From Paraglomus brasilianum (Eukaryota): 34,366 bases of DNA. Position 1 is the first letter of the stretch. Every line of letters begins with the position of its first letter. The notes beneath the pieces were generated by a model. The model was not told the DNA's origin. It ran no database searches and saw only the letters and a program-made list of their open reading frames with translations. A program made the position numbers and the translations under genes. Positions 12,497 through 22,489 of this stretch are shown here, piece after piece. The stretch is taken from the NCBI GenBank assembly GCA_910592345.1, contig CAJVPI010000342.1, positions 1-34,366 of the forward strand. Reading direction: 5' to 3'.

Positions 12497-13526
12497 AGGG
12501 AAAGTCTTTGTGTCTATGCAGCTGTCTGCTGATAGTATGTATAGTACATTGCAGCTGATCGTTATTCGCTATTACTAATTTGTGGTCATTCTATTATTAA
12601 TATAATGATGTAATATTTATGAATCATAATAATTTTTAAAATTTCCTTATTCGTCAATAGCTCTTACCGACACTTGCCCGTGATATACCAATGTCATTCC
12701 TAATTCGGGAGTGTACCTGTATGCTCGGCCGGTGATTTACAGGGGATCAATAATACAATCAAGGGTTGGTTGTACGAGGGAATGGCCAAGCGATGGAGGG
12801 GGCAGTGATAAGTATCAAGCAAGTAGCACTGCCTGCTTGTCTTGCTTATGCTTAGCAAAAAGCAGGTGAAAAAAAAAGAGCAGTTCGGATATCCGTGTCC
12901 GGAGTAATAAATGCGAAATTTAGTATAAAATTTAAAAATAGCTTTTGACTATAAACGCAATTAACAAATATAATCAACAAGAATGTTAATAAACGGTTTA
13001 ATAATGATACTATGAGCTAATTGCGAGTCTGCCCTCTTTGAAACATTTGCCTCTACTAAACAAGAATTTCCCTGCTGGCCCAAAACAAGACAATAACAAC
13101 AATAAACAAATATCGTCAAAATCATTTAATTTCTAGGTCGGAAATCTGACTCTGTAATACTAATAATAGTCGATGTAACTTATCTTGTATACTTTTTTGG
13201 TAGGTTGTTTACGAAGCTTTTTGTGGGGAGAGATAAACAAGACTTTATTAGGAAGTACAAGAAAAACTAAATTACACGGTATTTGACTTTTTTGATGAGA
13301 TCAAAAACATTTTGGCATGGCCGAATAAAAAAACCAAAGACTCCTGTGCCTGTTTCATCCCAACTTTCAAACTTGCTCCTCTTGCGAAATAGACAAAAAC
13401 ACACATGTCAAAATAATGTTGATATCCGACGGCCCAAATTTTATGCATGCCAAGTTTGCCTTAATAATCTACCTCACAATGATGCTATCCTATTATCGTA
13501 ATAGCCAATCTCCACACAAATAACAC

Positions 13527-13559
13527 GCTTGCTGCTTGCTGCTTGCTGCTGCTGCTGCT
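13527..13559 (+). repeat. (GCTTGCT)n/(GCT)n microsatellite
   Basis: gcttgctgcttgctgcttgctgctgctgctgct read directly. Confidence 0.85.
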
Positions 13560-14290
13560 CCTCTAATCTACGGCATGCTTTAGCCGAGGATTTGAAATAG
13601 AGAGGGGGGGTCGAATAAATATCAAAGATGGATTAGGATATGAATACAAACCGGATTCAAGATGACAATGGATTTCGGATGTTTATGACTAGTCTGTTAT
13701 GGAAAGACTAACCAAAGAGTATCCACGTAATGAAATGAAATGATTCATGACATTTTTTGACTTTTGTTAACAAGCTTTCTTTATCATTTTCATCACCACC
13801 ACTTCATCAGTATATATTATTTATACTATATCATCGAAAGTAGTTTAAAAATTTTCCCTCCTGCATTTGTTTAGGTCACATGAGCATTAGATGTCATGAT
13901 CTTTCGAAAAAAAGCTGAGGCGGGTTGTGCCGAATCTGACTAGTGCCAGCCGATTCATATGTTTAATGGCTTTTAATCTTTGTCTACGGGGGTGAGTGGG
14001 GGGGGGGGGAAGAAAATGAATTTCTCGAACGAATATTTTAGCAGTTAAAAACAGCAATATGCTTTTGCAAGTAAAAATTTGTAATAAAACTGATGTACTC
14101 GGCTTACTGACGGCCGCTAAGTGTGACACAACCTAGTTGCATATGACGTATATATATATTAATACATAATCTAGGTTAGTAATACTGTTAAGATAAATAA
14201 TATTATATTAAAATTTGAATAGAATAAATATATAAATAAATTATTGTATAATCGCTCATATTTAATTTGTACCACCCAAATTTTTTCTCC

Positions 14291-14302
14291 TATAAATATA
14301 AA
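14291..14302 (+). promoter_or_regulatory. Putative TATA box of the HMG gene
   Basis: TATAAATATAAA ~95 bp upstream of ATG 14389, after a pyrimidine tract. Confidence 0.45.
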
Positions 14303-14388
14303 TAATCACTTCATGTCGGGACAAGCTGTTGGTATCTTTAGAAAAGCATATTATTTTTATTATTTTCAACTATATTGATATTTTCTAA

Positions 14389-15609
14389 ATGTCTCTAGCT
14401 CTTAAAGCAGAGCCGTTCCCCATGAACTTACATCATCAAATATACCATGAAGAAGACAGTATCGACGCTTCTTCACCTGAACCTCATTCACCAGCCGCTC
14501 AGAGCGACGTAGACTCGACAGACCACCTTGCCCACGACGACGTGCAGGAGGAGGAACAACAGTCCACACAAAACTCTAAAGCTGTTCTATTACCCAATTT
14601 TGAAAGCGTTTCGTACGACAAAGTTCAAGATCTCTACGAAAAACGCAAAGGCACATTGTATTTTATACCCGAAGGCTTTGAACCCGTACTGGTCCCAAAT
14701 GACACGAAAGCACAAACGGTCACGAATCTACTAGAGACTGCTAAGCAGATTTCGGCTCCATTGAACGTGCCACGCATGCTTCCAGATACCGATGTCCGTC
14801 TACCCACACTTGCTCTTCCGTGTGGTGTCACTGGTCCACAGTCAAAGGGAAACTCGCCCAATGGCAAGTCAAAGGTGAAGAAACCCCCGAGACCGCCGAA
14901 TGCATTTATCCTCTACCGTCGTGCAAAGCAACCCGCCATCGTAGCAAAGAATGCTGGAATCACAAATAACGAAGTCTCAAAGGAAATCGGTCGCATGTGG
15001 CATGAAGAACCGCTCGAAATACGTCACAAGTTCCAGAAAATGGCAGAGGATGCCAAACAGGAGCACATGAAAAAGTACCCTGAATACCGTTATCGCCCTC
15101 GACGCCCTCAAGAGCGAAAACGACGTGTTCCATTAAGAGATGCCCCCACGCCTACTCGTCGTGGCTCGACTCCAACACTCGCATCCGACAAGCTTCATCT
15201 CATGGAATCCTCTTCCGAGCCTTCATTCCAGTCTCAGCGACGTGTTTCTACCATATCCAACGAAGCCGATTCGCCAGACATGTATCCTCAGAGTCCGAAT
15301 ATTTCTCAGCAATTGCTTCCTCAAGGATTAATCTATCACAATTCTACGCTCGTGAGTTCACCACCGCAGTCCATAGGAATATTGGACGCTCAACTTCCAC
15401 AATATCACTATTACATGTCGGCTAACGGGTTCGACCAGTCGCAGATAATGAACCAGGTTCCGCAGGTTGATTATGGTGTGTTTGACAGTCACAACGATGG
15501 ACAATTCGATGTGGTGGAATTCGACGAGTTTGACATGAATATGAACTTTGTATCAAATGAGGGAGATGGTATCTACTCGGCGCCTTACGTAAAGTATGAT
15601 ACTTACTAG
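14389..15609 (+). CDS. MATA-HMG-box transcription factor, 406 aa, intronless
   Basis: Canonical MATA/SOX-type HMG box KKPPRPPNAFILYRRAKQ...NNEVSKEIGRMWHEE...HMKKYPEYRYRPRR with a basic tail; acidic/aromatic C-terminus resembling an activation domain. Confidence 0.95.
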   Translation: MSLALKAEPFPMNLHHQIYHEEDSIDASSPEPHSPAAQSDVDSTDHLAHDDVQEEEQQSTQNSKAVLLPNFESVSYDKVQDLYEKRKGTLYFIPEGFEPVLVPNDTKAQTVTNLLETAKQISAPLNVPRMLPDTDVRLPTLALPCGVTGPQSKGNSPNGKSKVKKPPRPPNAFILYRRAKQPAIVAKNAGITNNEVSKEIGRMWHEEPLEIRHKFQKMAEDAKQEHMKKYPEYRYRPRRPQERKRRVPLRDAPTPTRRGSTPTLASDKLHLMESSSEPSFQSQRRVSTISNEADSPDMYPQSPNISQQLLPQGLIYHNSTLVSSPPQSIGILDAQLPQYHYYMSANGFDQSQIMNQVPQVDYGVFDSHNDGQFDVVEFDEFDMNMNFVSNEGDGIYSAPYVKYDTY

Positions 15610-16689
15610 TCACAAGGTTGGTATACTATAACATCAAGAATATGCAGTATGATTGTATGAAAACACACACAAGATACTAATCGATTATTGCTTTTATTAT
15701 TTTACTTTATTCAGTACCATATATACATATATATTATTATATTATTACTTCGAGGAATATTCATAATATCGTTCGCGGATGATTGATTATCGGACTCTTT
15801 TTTCTTTTTACTTTTTTTCGAATTGCATACTTCGACTTTTTTCATTAAATATCATTTTTTTTGTTCGTATATTTTTTTCTTTTTTTATGCATATAAGGTG
15901 AGATATCTGAACTTTTGCTTTGTACTGTTATTAATAGTCGATACCACTCGCGAGACTTGCATACTAATCGTTCTTTTCTTACTTTTAATAGAATCAAATA
16001 ATCATCGAAACAAACAATTAATATCATAAACCAACATCTAAGAATAGCATGATTATAAGAAGAGTTGGTCAGAAGGGGATGAATTTCCAAAGTTATAATA
16101 TTTCAAATCTAAACTTTTATTCAAAAACAACTTTATAATATACTTTTTTAGTTTCTTTTATCTCCAACAAAGCTCTCGCGGCCTTGAAATCGACTTTTTG
16201 ATTTCTCGGAGAGCGAAGATGGGGCTTGGTCTTTTGTTCAGACAATGGCTAGCTTCATCTTTGATTTGGAGCAGGCTCCTCCTTTAGACTCTTCTTAACG
16301 TTTTTTAATAATTACATATGCCTTTATGCACATCCTTAATTCAAGATCCCTTATTATAATAAAGAAACTGATATGATAAGTTTTTAACTATAGTTTTTAG
16401 CATAATTTTCAATAGAATTGTATATTCTTCATTTTATACATAATCATTTTCTTCTCAATGTACAGATTTTACACACACACAAACACGCATCTTACATTCA
16501 CATTGCAAAAAAGTCTTTAATCAGTTTTTTTATTCATGGCATGTATTTAGTCTCTAATACAGTATGAATTTTTTTTATATTCGAAAAGTAAAAGTTCCTG
16601 GACACTTTCGAATTAGTTCCTCCTTATATACGATGTCCCTTTTTCTTCGCTGGAGAAGGATCGCAGAGACGATACTTTGATCTATTGTT

Positions 16690-16946
16690 CTTATGATTAT
16701 CAGTATCGTCCTTCGATTGTGTGTTTGTGTGTGTAGGTCATCCTGGTATATCATGTTTGGTCTTTGTTTGGGTTCAGCTTTGGTTTTGGTTGATTATTTT
16801 ATGGGCCACCGGTTGTCTCTTTTTTCTTATACCTATAGTTTTATGTATATGTTATTTTTCATTGTTCGTAGTAGTAGTGTTCTTTCGGTTGTCCGAATAT
16901 TGCCTATTGCTATGGTCTTAAAAAACTGTATATAAAAAAAAAAAAA
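16690..16946 (+). mobile_element. Possible 3' end of a non-LTR retroelement with a poly(A) tail
   Basis: Strongly T/G-skewed segment ending in TGTATAT-A13 (16934-16946). No coding remnant or TSD recognised; the left boundary is approximate. Confidence 0.3.
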
Positions 16947-17262
16947 CTTTCGATTTTCGAAAGTTCTTGTATAAAAATATTGAGTTGTTGGGGTGAAAGC
17001 AAAAAACCAAAAACAATAAAAAATACATAAAAATTTAAAAACACTTAACTAAAATGAACGATAACTTTTTCCACTATACTTTCGCTTTCTAGCATGGGCG
17101 CGATGAATTGGGCTGAATATGCAGAATACTCTAGCAAATGTTACGCATATTACCACGCAATCTTATGATCCTTCTATATAGAATATCCCCACAGAAAAAA
17201 AAAAGACAACAAAGAACACCAAGTATTCACTTGGTTCGTCGGCGGTTCAAGCCTTATATAAA

Positions 17263-17335
17263 CGAGCTCACCAGGGGTCGAACCTGGAATCTCCTGATTC
17301 GTAGTCAGGCGCCTTATCCATTTGGCCATGAGCCC
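17263..17335 (-). tRNA. tRNA-Arg(ACG): tRNA-Arg (anticodon ACG), 73 nt, intronless
   Basis: Reverse complement GGGCTCA TG GCCAAATGGATAAGGC G CCTGA CT-ACG-AA TCAGG AGATT CCAGG TTCGACC CCTGG TGAGCTC G folds into a full cloverleaf with A and B boxes; TATA-like sequence ~25-35 bp upstream. Confidence 0.97.
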
Positions 17336-17685
17336 TATGGTAATCACAACTCTGATAATATATAATAATAATCAATTATGCAGGCCTAAACAAAATATAT
17401 TGTTATGGTTCAAGTCTAACAATTTTTCCATATGGTAAGTAATTACCATCTTTCTTAAGAAAGGGTGAAACGTCGCCTTCCACGTTAATATCCTATTTAG
17501 TAGACATATTATTATCAGGATAGTGAAAAGCTAAAAGTGAGCCAAGATATCAAAAGACAGTTTCTTAATAAATAAACCTCTATTTTTCTTGTTGAAAGGT
17601 ATAGTTCTATCTGATATAAATATAGCTGGAAGCATAAACAATATAGAGTATTAAGAGTAAACAGTATCAATCCATTTGTAATATC

Positions 17686-17719
17686 ACAACATAGACGCGT
17701 AAACAACATAGACGCGTAA
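17686..17719 (+). repeat. Perfect 17-bp tandem duplication ACAACATAGACGCGTAA
   Basis: Two adjacent identical copies, each containing ACGCGT. Confidence 0.85.
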
Positions 17720-19606
17720 ATTGATAGTGTAGCGACAATATTATAAATACTATAGAACTTCTTAGCAAATTACCGAACAAGGAAATAAACCAACATTGGT
17801 TTTGAAGCATAAAAAGTATGTCATATAATATCATAACTGCAATCGTTGATTTTCAAGTAATAAAGTAAAGAAATTCAAAATGCAAACATCAATATCGCTT
17901 TGCCAAAGTTACGATCAAGAATTGTGTAGAGCCGACTTGCTTTTAGCAAATTAGTAAATACTGGCAAGTATTCGTATAGTATCCTTAGAACGCCAAATAA
18001 TAGGAAACAATCTTAAAGCATATATCATTTAACTTAAACAATGAGCTGGTAACTAATAGTCATCAATTATAAGAAGACAGCTTTAAAACTTAAGGTCAAA
18101 GACAAACAATGCCAGTTAATAATCCGTTTTCTTGTCTGTACGATCTTATTCCCGATTTCAGTTGGTAGGAAAGTGTGATTATAGTCGTTCTATATTAGGA
18201 CTATTGTAATTACCTCTTATTTACTCAATCACTAGCCTTAATTGAAATCAACCCGTGGCTATTGTATAATCGATCTTCCATTTGTCGTGTTATTTCCAGC
18301 AAGTTCAATGCTGTTGTTCTCGGACTTCATAGAGTGATTCCATACCTTCGCGAACTATAGTCCCAGTAATCTACGTATGTGCAAACATTGTTTGACAAAT
18401 AGAAATTTGCAACATCTTAATTAAGAAGCCTATTCTTGTTGACTCAATTGGTCAAAAAAAAAAAAAGGGTAAAAACCGCGCCAAAGCAATAGTAGAATTT
18501 CGCACATCGTACAGCTCTTGAAGTTGACTGAGTTAAACCCTTTTGAATGAGTAGTTTAGATTCCGAATAAAGTGTAATGCAAACAGTGTTAGTTTTTCCG
18601 AGAAAATGCGTGATAGTTTAAACGTTCTATACTGTAACACTGATACTCCGTTTATTGCATTAAGAGGATGTTTTGATTGTGGAATTATGGCTTTAATTTA
18701 TATTGTTATATTTGCTGGCATGTATTTGAAAAAGAGCTATATCTTGTAGCCGCAAGGGTTACTACTTGTTTATACAATACTCTTTTAGTATACATAATTT
18801 TTGGAGCTATAAAAACTAGTCAAGAAAAAGTCTCTTATTAATAATTCAAAAAGGTATTAATGTTCAAAGAGGTATCTACAGTGCCACATTGCAAAAGAGT
18901 TTGCAATTGTTCAGGAATAAATATTTGTATAAAGTTTAACAAAAATTTTTTATTATAAATGCGCGGTTGTTTATTATGATATCCATAATCCTAATGTCTC
19001 TTTTGATAATGCTCATAAATTATTTAATTACTTTTAGGACATTTTGTAGAATTCTAAGTAAGACGACTTGTATACCTGGATTCATTGCCTTGCTGGAACA
19101 TTCAGTTATTCCTAATACTGTTAATTTCTTGAAGATGATTTTCACAGTTAACATACGGTGTTGCAAAAAACTTAAACATGATCTTGTACTCAAATAATAG
19201 ATGCAAAATTTCATGTTAAAATATGTGAATATAATGAGCATAAGGAATTCGAAAAAAAAAAAACAGCCTGTAGACTTTGTTGAGTCTAAAAGTTAAACTC
19301 AATGGTGAACGTTAGTTGTGTTAATTATTCGATTTGAGCTGTATAATTGTTTATTGTAGCTTACCAAGGAGTGTAGATGTAATAGTAAGAGTATGTGCTT
19401 TAATTGACTAACCTCTTTTTTTGTTAAAATTCAATAATACATGCTATATCCTTTCAGGAACATTAATTGCACCTAAATGTAAAGAGCTGGTATTTGGTTA
19501 AGATAGCCCTAACTACAGTAGAATACTACTTTGTACCATACACGATTGTCGATTGACATAAACAAAACTTCAGTTTGTTTAATTTGGACATGATTTAAAA
19601 CACGGT

Positions 19607-19664
19607 ATGCTTGGAATAATTTGAGGTTTCAGCAAGATAACATCCTAAGCATACAAGTCGTCTT
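19607..19664 (+). mobile_element. Tiny Tc1/mariner transposase relic (second catalytic Asp motif)
   Basis: agg ttt cag caa gat aac [-]at cct aag cat aca agt cgt ctt = RFQQDN(D)PKHTSRL after allowing a 1-nt deletion; the Tc1 FQQDNDPKHTS motif. Confidence 0.7.
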
Positions 19665-20135
19665 TTGGAAAATAGCCACTGCACAAAGTCTATTCAAAAA
19701 GATCACAACTTGCAGAATAATTGATGTTATCATGTGATTTAACACATGAGATTGATCCAGGAAGCCCAGCAGTGACGTAATTTTTGTTGATTTATTATTA
19801 TTTGTTTGTTGTTACCACAAGCGATTTCCTGATTTAGCCAGCAATCTCCACTAAAGCTAACAAAATTCATTAACACCTTTTAATAGCATGTTTGTCGTCT
19901 CGAACTCTCCATATTATTTAATACATGATTAGTCACAGTAGTTAAAGGATATCCGAGTTTAGTCACGTTACTATAATAATAACTAAACTGACACCTGCCG
20001 TGAAACCTGATACCAGACTCACCCGGGGAAAACCGGAATATGACTTGGGACATAACCAATAATATCGTAGGTTGTTGAATTTTTTCAATATAAGACCATT
20101 TGCACATTTCGTTTTTGCCATCTAATCAATTCGAA

Positions 20136-20721
20136 ATGCCGTTCGACGCATGTGAGTTCTTTTCCCAACATTCCGTCTAAACGAACATCTCAAGGTTACT
20201 AATGCTGATATTCAATGATTCAACTATCAAATAGCCAAGGCCGATGCCACAAATGGCGCCAAACTGTATGTTAATTACATTTAATAGTGTCTTGTCTTTG
20301 AGTAATTTGATGTAATAGCTAATATTATGCTCTCTTTGAACAGTTTCAAGACTCGTTGTGCTTTGTGTCATACGGTTGAGAAAGGAGGCGCTAACAAAGT
20401 GGGTCCGAATCTCCATGGCCTATTCGGTCGTAAATCCGGCACTGTATCTGGCTTCACTTATACTGCTGCCAATCAACAAGCAGGCATTGTCTGGAACGAA
20501 AAAACTCTATTCGATTACCTCGAAAATCCTAAAAAGTAAAAACATCTGCGCTGTTTATTTCGTCTTGCATTATGTCAACATGTAGTTCCTATGCTTAACC
20601 GCTTTTCTTTTGTTCAACTTTCGTCAGATACATCCCAGGCACAAAGATGGCATTCCCAGGATTTAAGAAAGAGAAAGATCGAAATGACGTTATTGCATAT
20701 CTAAAGGAATCGACTGCTTGA
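20136..20721 (+). CDS. CYC1: Mitochondrial cytochrome c, 110 aa, 4 exons (20136-20151, 20235-20265, 20344-20535, 20628-20721)
   Basis: Spliced protein [48 protein letters not shown]...[37 protein letters not shown]; CxxCH heme motif, GPNL and axial Met in GTKM; GT-AG introns give 333 nt in frame. Confidence 0.97.
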
Positions 20722-21123
20722 GATTTATCCGAGAGTCGCATGGAATATTATTTTTGCAATCAATTTCATAATATAGACAATTTTCTTCTAAGAGCTTGAT
20801 GATCTAGGCAGCAATTAATTCATCTAAATTAAATACAAATAAAATGCTGCCTACAATCTGCCAAGTGGCTTGTTGAATAAGTTTCGGATGAATGATACCA
20901 AAATTGGCAATATCCCCTTAACGTGAATTTAAGCATACGTAGTCCATTCAAGAAACCCATGATCTCTAATAAATTTCAGAGTGCAGAAAAATATATTATA
21001 TGTTGCGTTAAATATGTTAATCAGATGTGTACATTTATCATAAATACTTGTATTTGAGTCACAGATATTTTCTCCATAAGTTATATCTCGATTCTCACAA
21101 AACAATAGCTATTGAAAAGCATT

Positions 21124-22292
21124 TTATCCCAACGTTTGCCCATTTGCAGCTGGTGAGTCAGATTTCTTGAAAGTTGCATGATCCTTATGTGCTGAAATCA
21201 GAATAGTTCTTAGCGCCAATATTTCTTGAAATGTAGCTGCAGCATTTTGTCATGATTCACTCACCTTTATAGTATGGGAGTTGAAGCTGAACCGGCTTAA
21301 GAATTTCAAGCAACTTGTCTAGTACTTTTGACAAATTCCCTGCGTTCGCATTTTGATTCCACATTGTGAAGATGTCGCTATTATAACGTGATGAAACTGA
21401 CAATCCGAAAATATCATCGTCCTCTGCAATACAGTCTTCGAACTGCTCTCCTATTAGCTGCATCAACAACTCCCTCCAGACAAACGCCGTATCTGCCTTG
21501 TCCACTCGAAAGTACCATGCCCCGCCATTTTCATTTCTCGGATCTTCCCTATGAATAGAACGTAGTAGGTTCAATCGCACTACTCTTTCACAAAAACCTT
21601 GTTGTTTGGCGGATTCAATAAACAAATTTTGCAGCAAGTCGCATTCTATATTCTGTTAAATAGTTACCATACTGGTCTTATTCCACTCTTCATAAAGTGA
21701 TGACTACATCGTGATTGCAACTGGTCGGGCCCGGGAATGTTATTATATACAGCCCAGAAGTTCTACGTCAATCAAATCATGGTAAGTACCGTAAACAGTA
21801 TTAAATCCGCAAACAAAAAGAATAGAGTATAGAGCATATAGAGCGTTATGCACGAGTACCTGAACGGTCGCTACAGTCGCAAGGACTACTAGATTTTGAG
21901 CATATTCTTCAGGAGTAGCATTTGCAACATACCTTCGTATGAGCAAAGTACAGACATAAAGATGAGAGCCTGACAACAACAAGCGCGAGGTATACAAACT
22001 CACAATAAGACACAATGCCATGCATCACAACTTAACTGGCCACTCGGTAACCCACGCGCTCATAGTCTTACTCTCTAATATAATAATCGCTGTTAGCAAC
22101 TTACTTATCACGATAAAAAGTCCAATTATTAGATAACGGATATGGTCCTGAGGTTTTTATTCTTTCCTCCTCCTCCTTTTTACTCTCTACTTCAGCGATC
22201 GTAGTTTCAGACGCATTAAAAGGTGGTGTTGACGAGCTATTCGTATCTCGACCTGAATAATTTCTCCAAGAGTTGGAAAGCGATCTACGCAT
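21124..22292 (-). CDS. eIF4E-family cap-binding protein, class III (eIF4E3-like), 235 aa, 5 exons (22292-22105, 21932-21860, 21762-21668, 21548-21265, 21191-21124)
   Basis: Spliced core YPLSNNWTFYRDKYVANATPEEYAQNL..TVATVQNFWAVYNNI..HFMKSGIRPVWEDPRNENGGAW..WRELLMQLIGEQF..GLSVSSRYNSDIFTMWN..YYKAHKDH; all introns GT-AG; 708 nt in frame. Confidence 0.92.
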
Positions 22293-22489
22293 TTGAAGTG
22301 GTATAAACCAGAAAGCGATGCACTTTATTGCAGAACCCTATGAGACGACTGTATACAGTTTATTTTGTTTATTTTCCTCAGCGCATTGACATTCAAAGCG
22401 CGAATACATTATTTTATTCTCTACATTATCGCTTATATTGTGCATGTACCTGGAACCAATCACATAAAGCTAATTTATCACATGATAAA

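Noticed and set aside
2128..14129. Short 60-95 aa ORFs from the track
   Set aside because: No recognisable domains; many start at TTG/GTG or just translate microsatellites.
14389..15609. sexP/sexM mating-type locus
   Set aside because: No flanking tptA/rnhA in the window; MATA-HMG genes are multi-copy in this group.
17760..19250. Possible pseudogene fragments between the tRNA and cytochrome c
   Set aside because: No consistent frame or recognisable motif.
19446..19952. Other ATATCCTTT U12-donor-like words (19446 plus strand, 19952 minus strand)
   Set aside because: No matching TCCTTAAY branch site or coding context found.
14389..20721. Rox1-cytochrome c hypoxia module implied by adjacency
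   Set aside because: Proximity alone is not evidence; orthology to Rox1 cannot be shown from the sequence.
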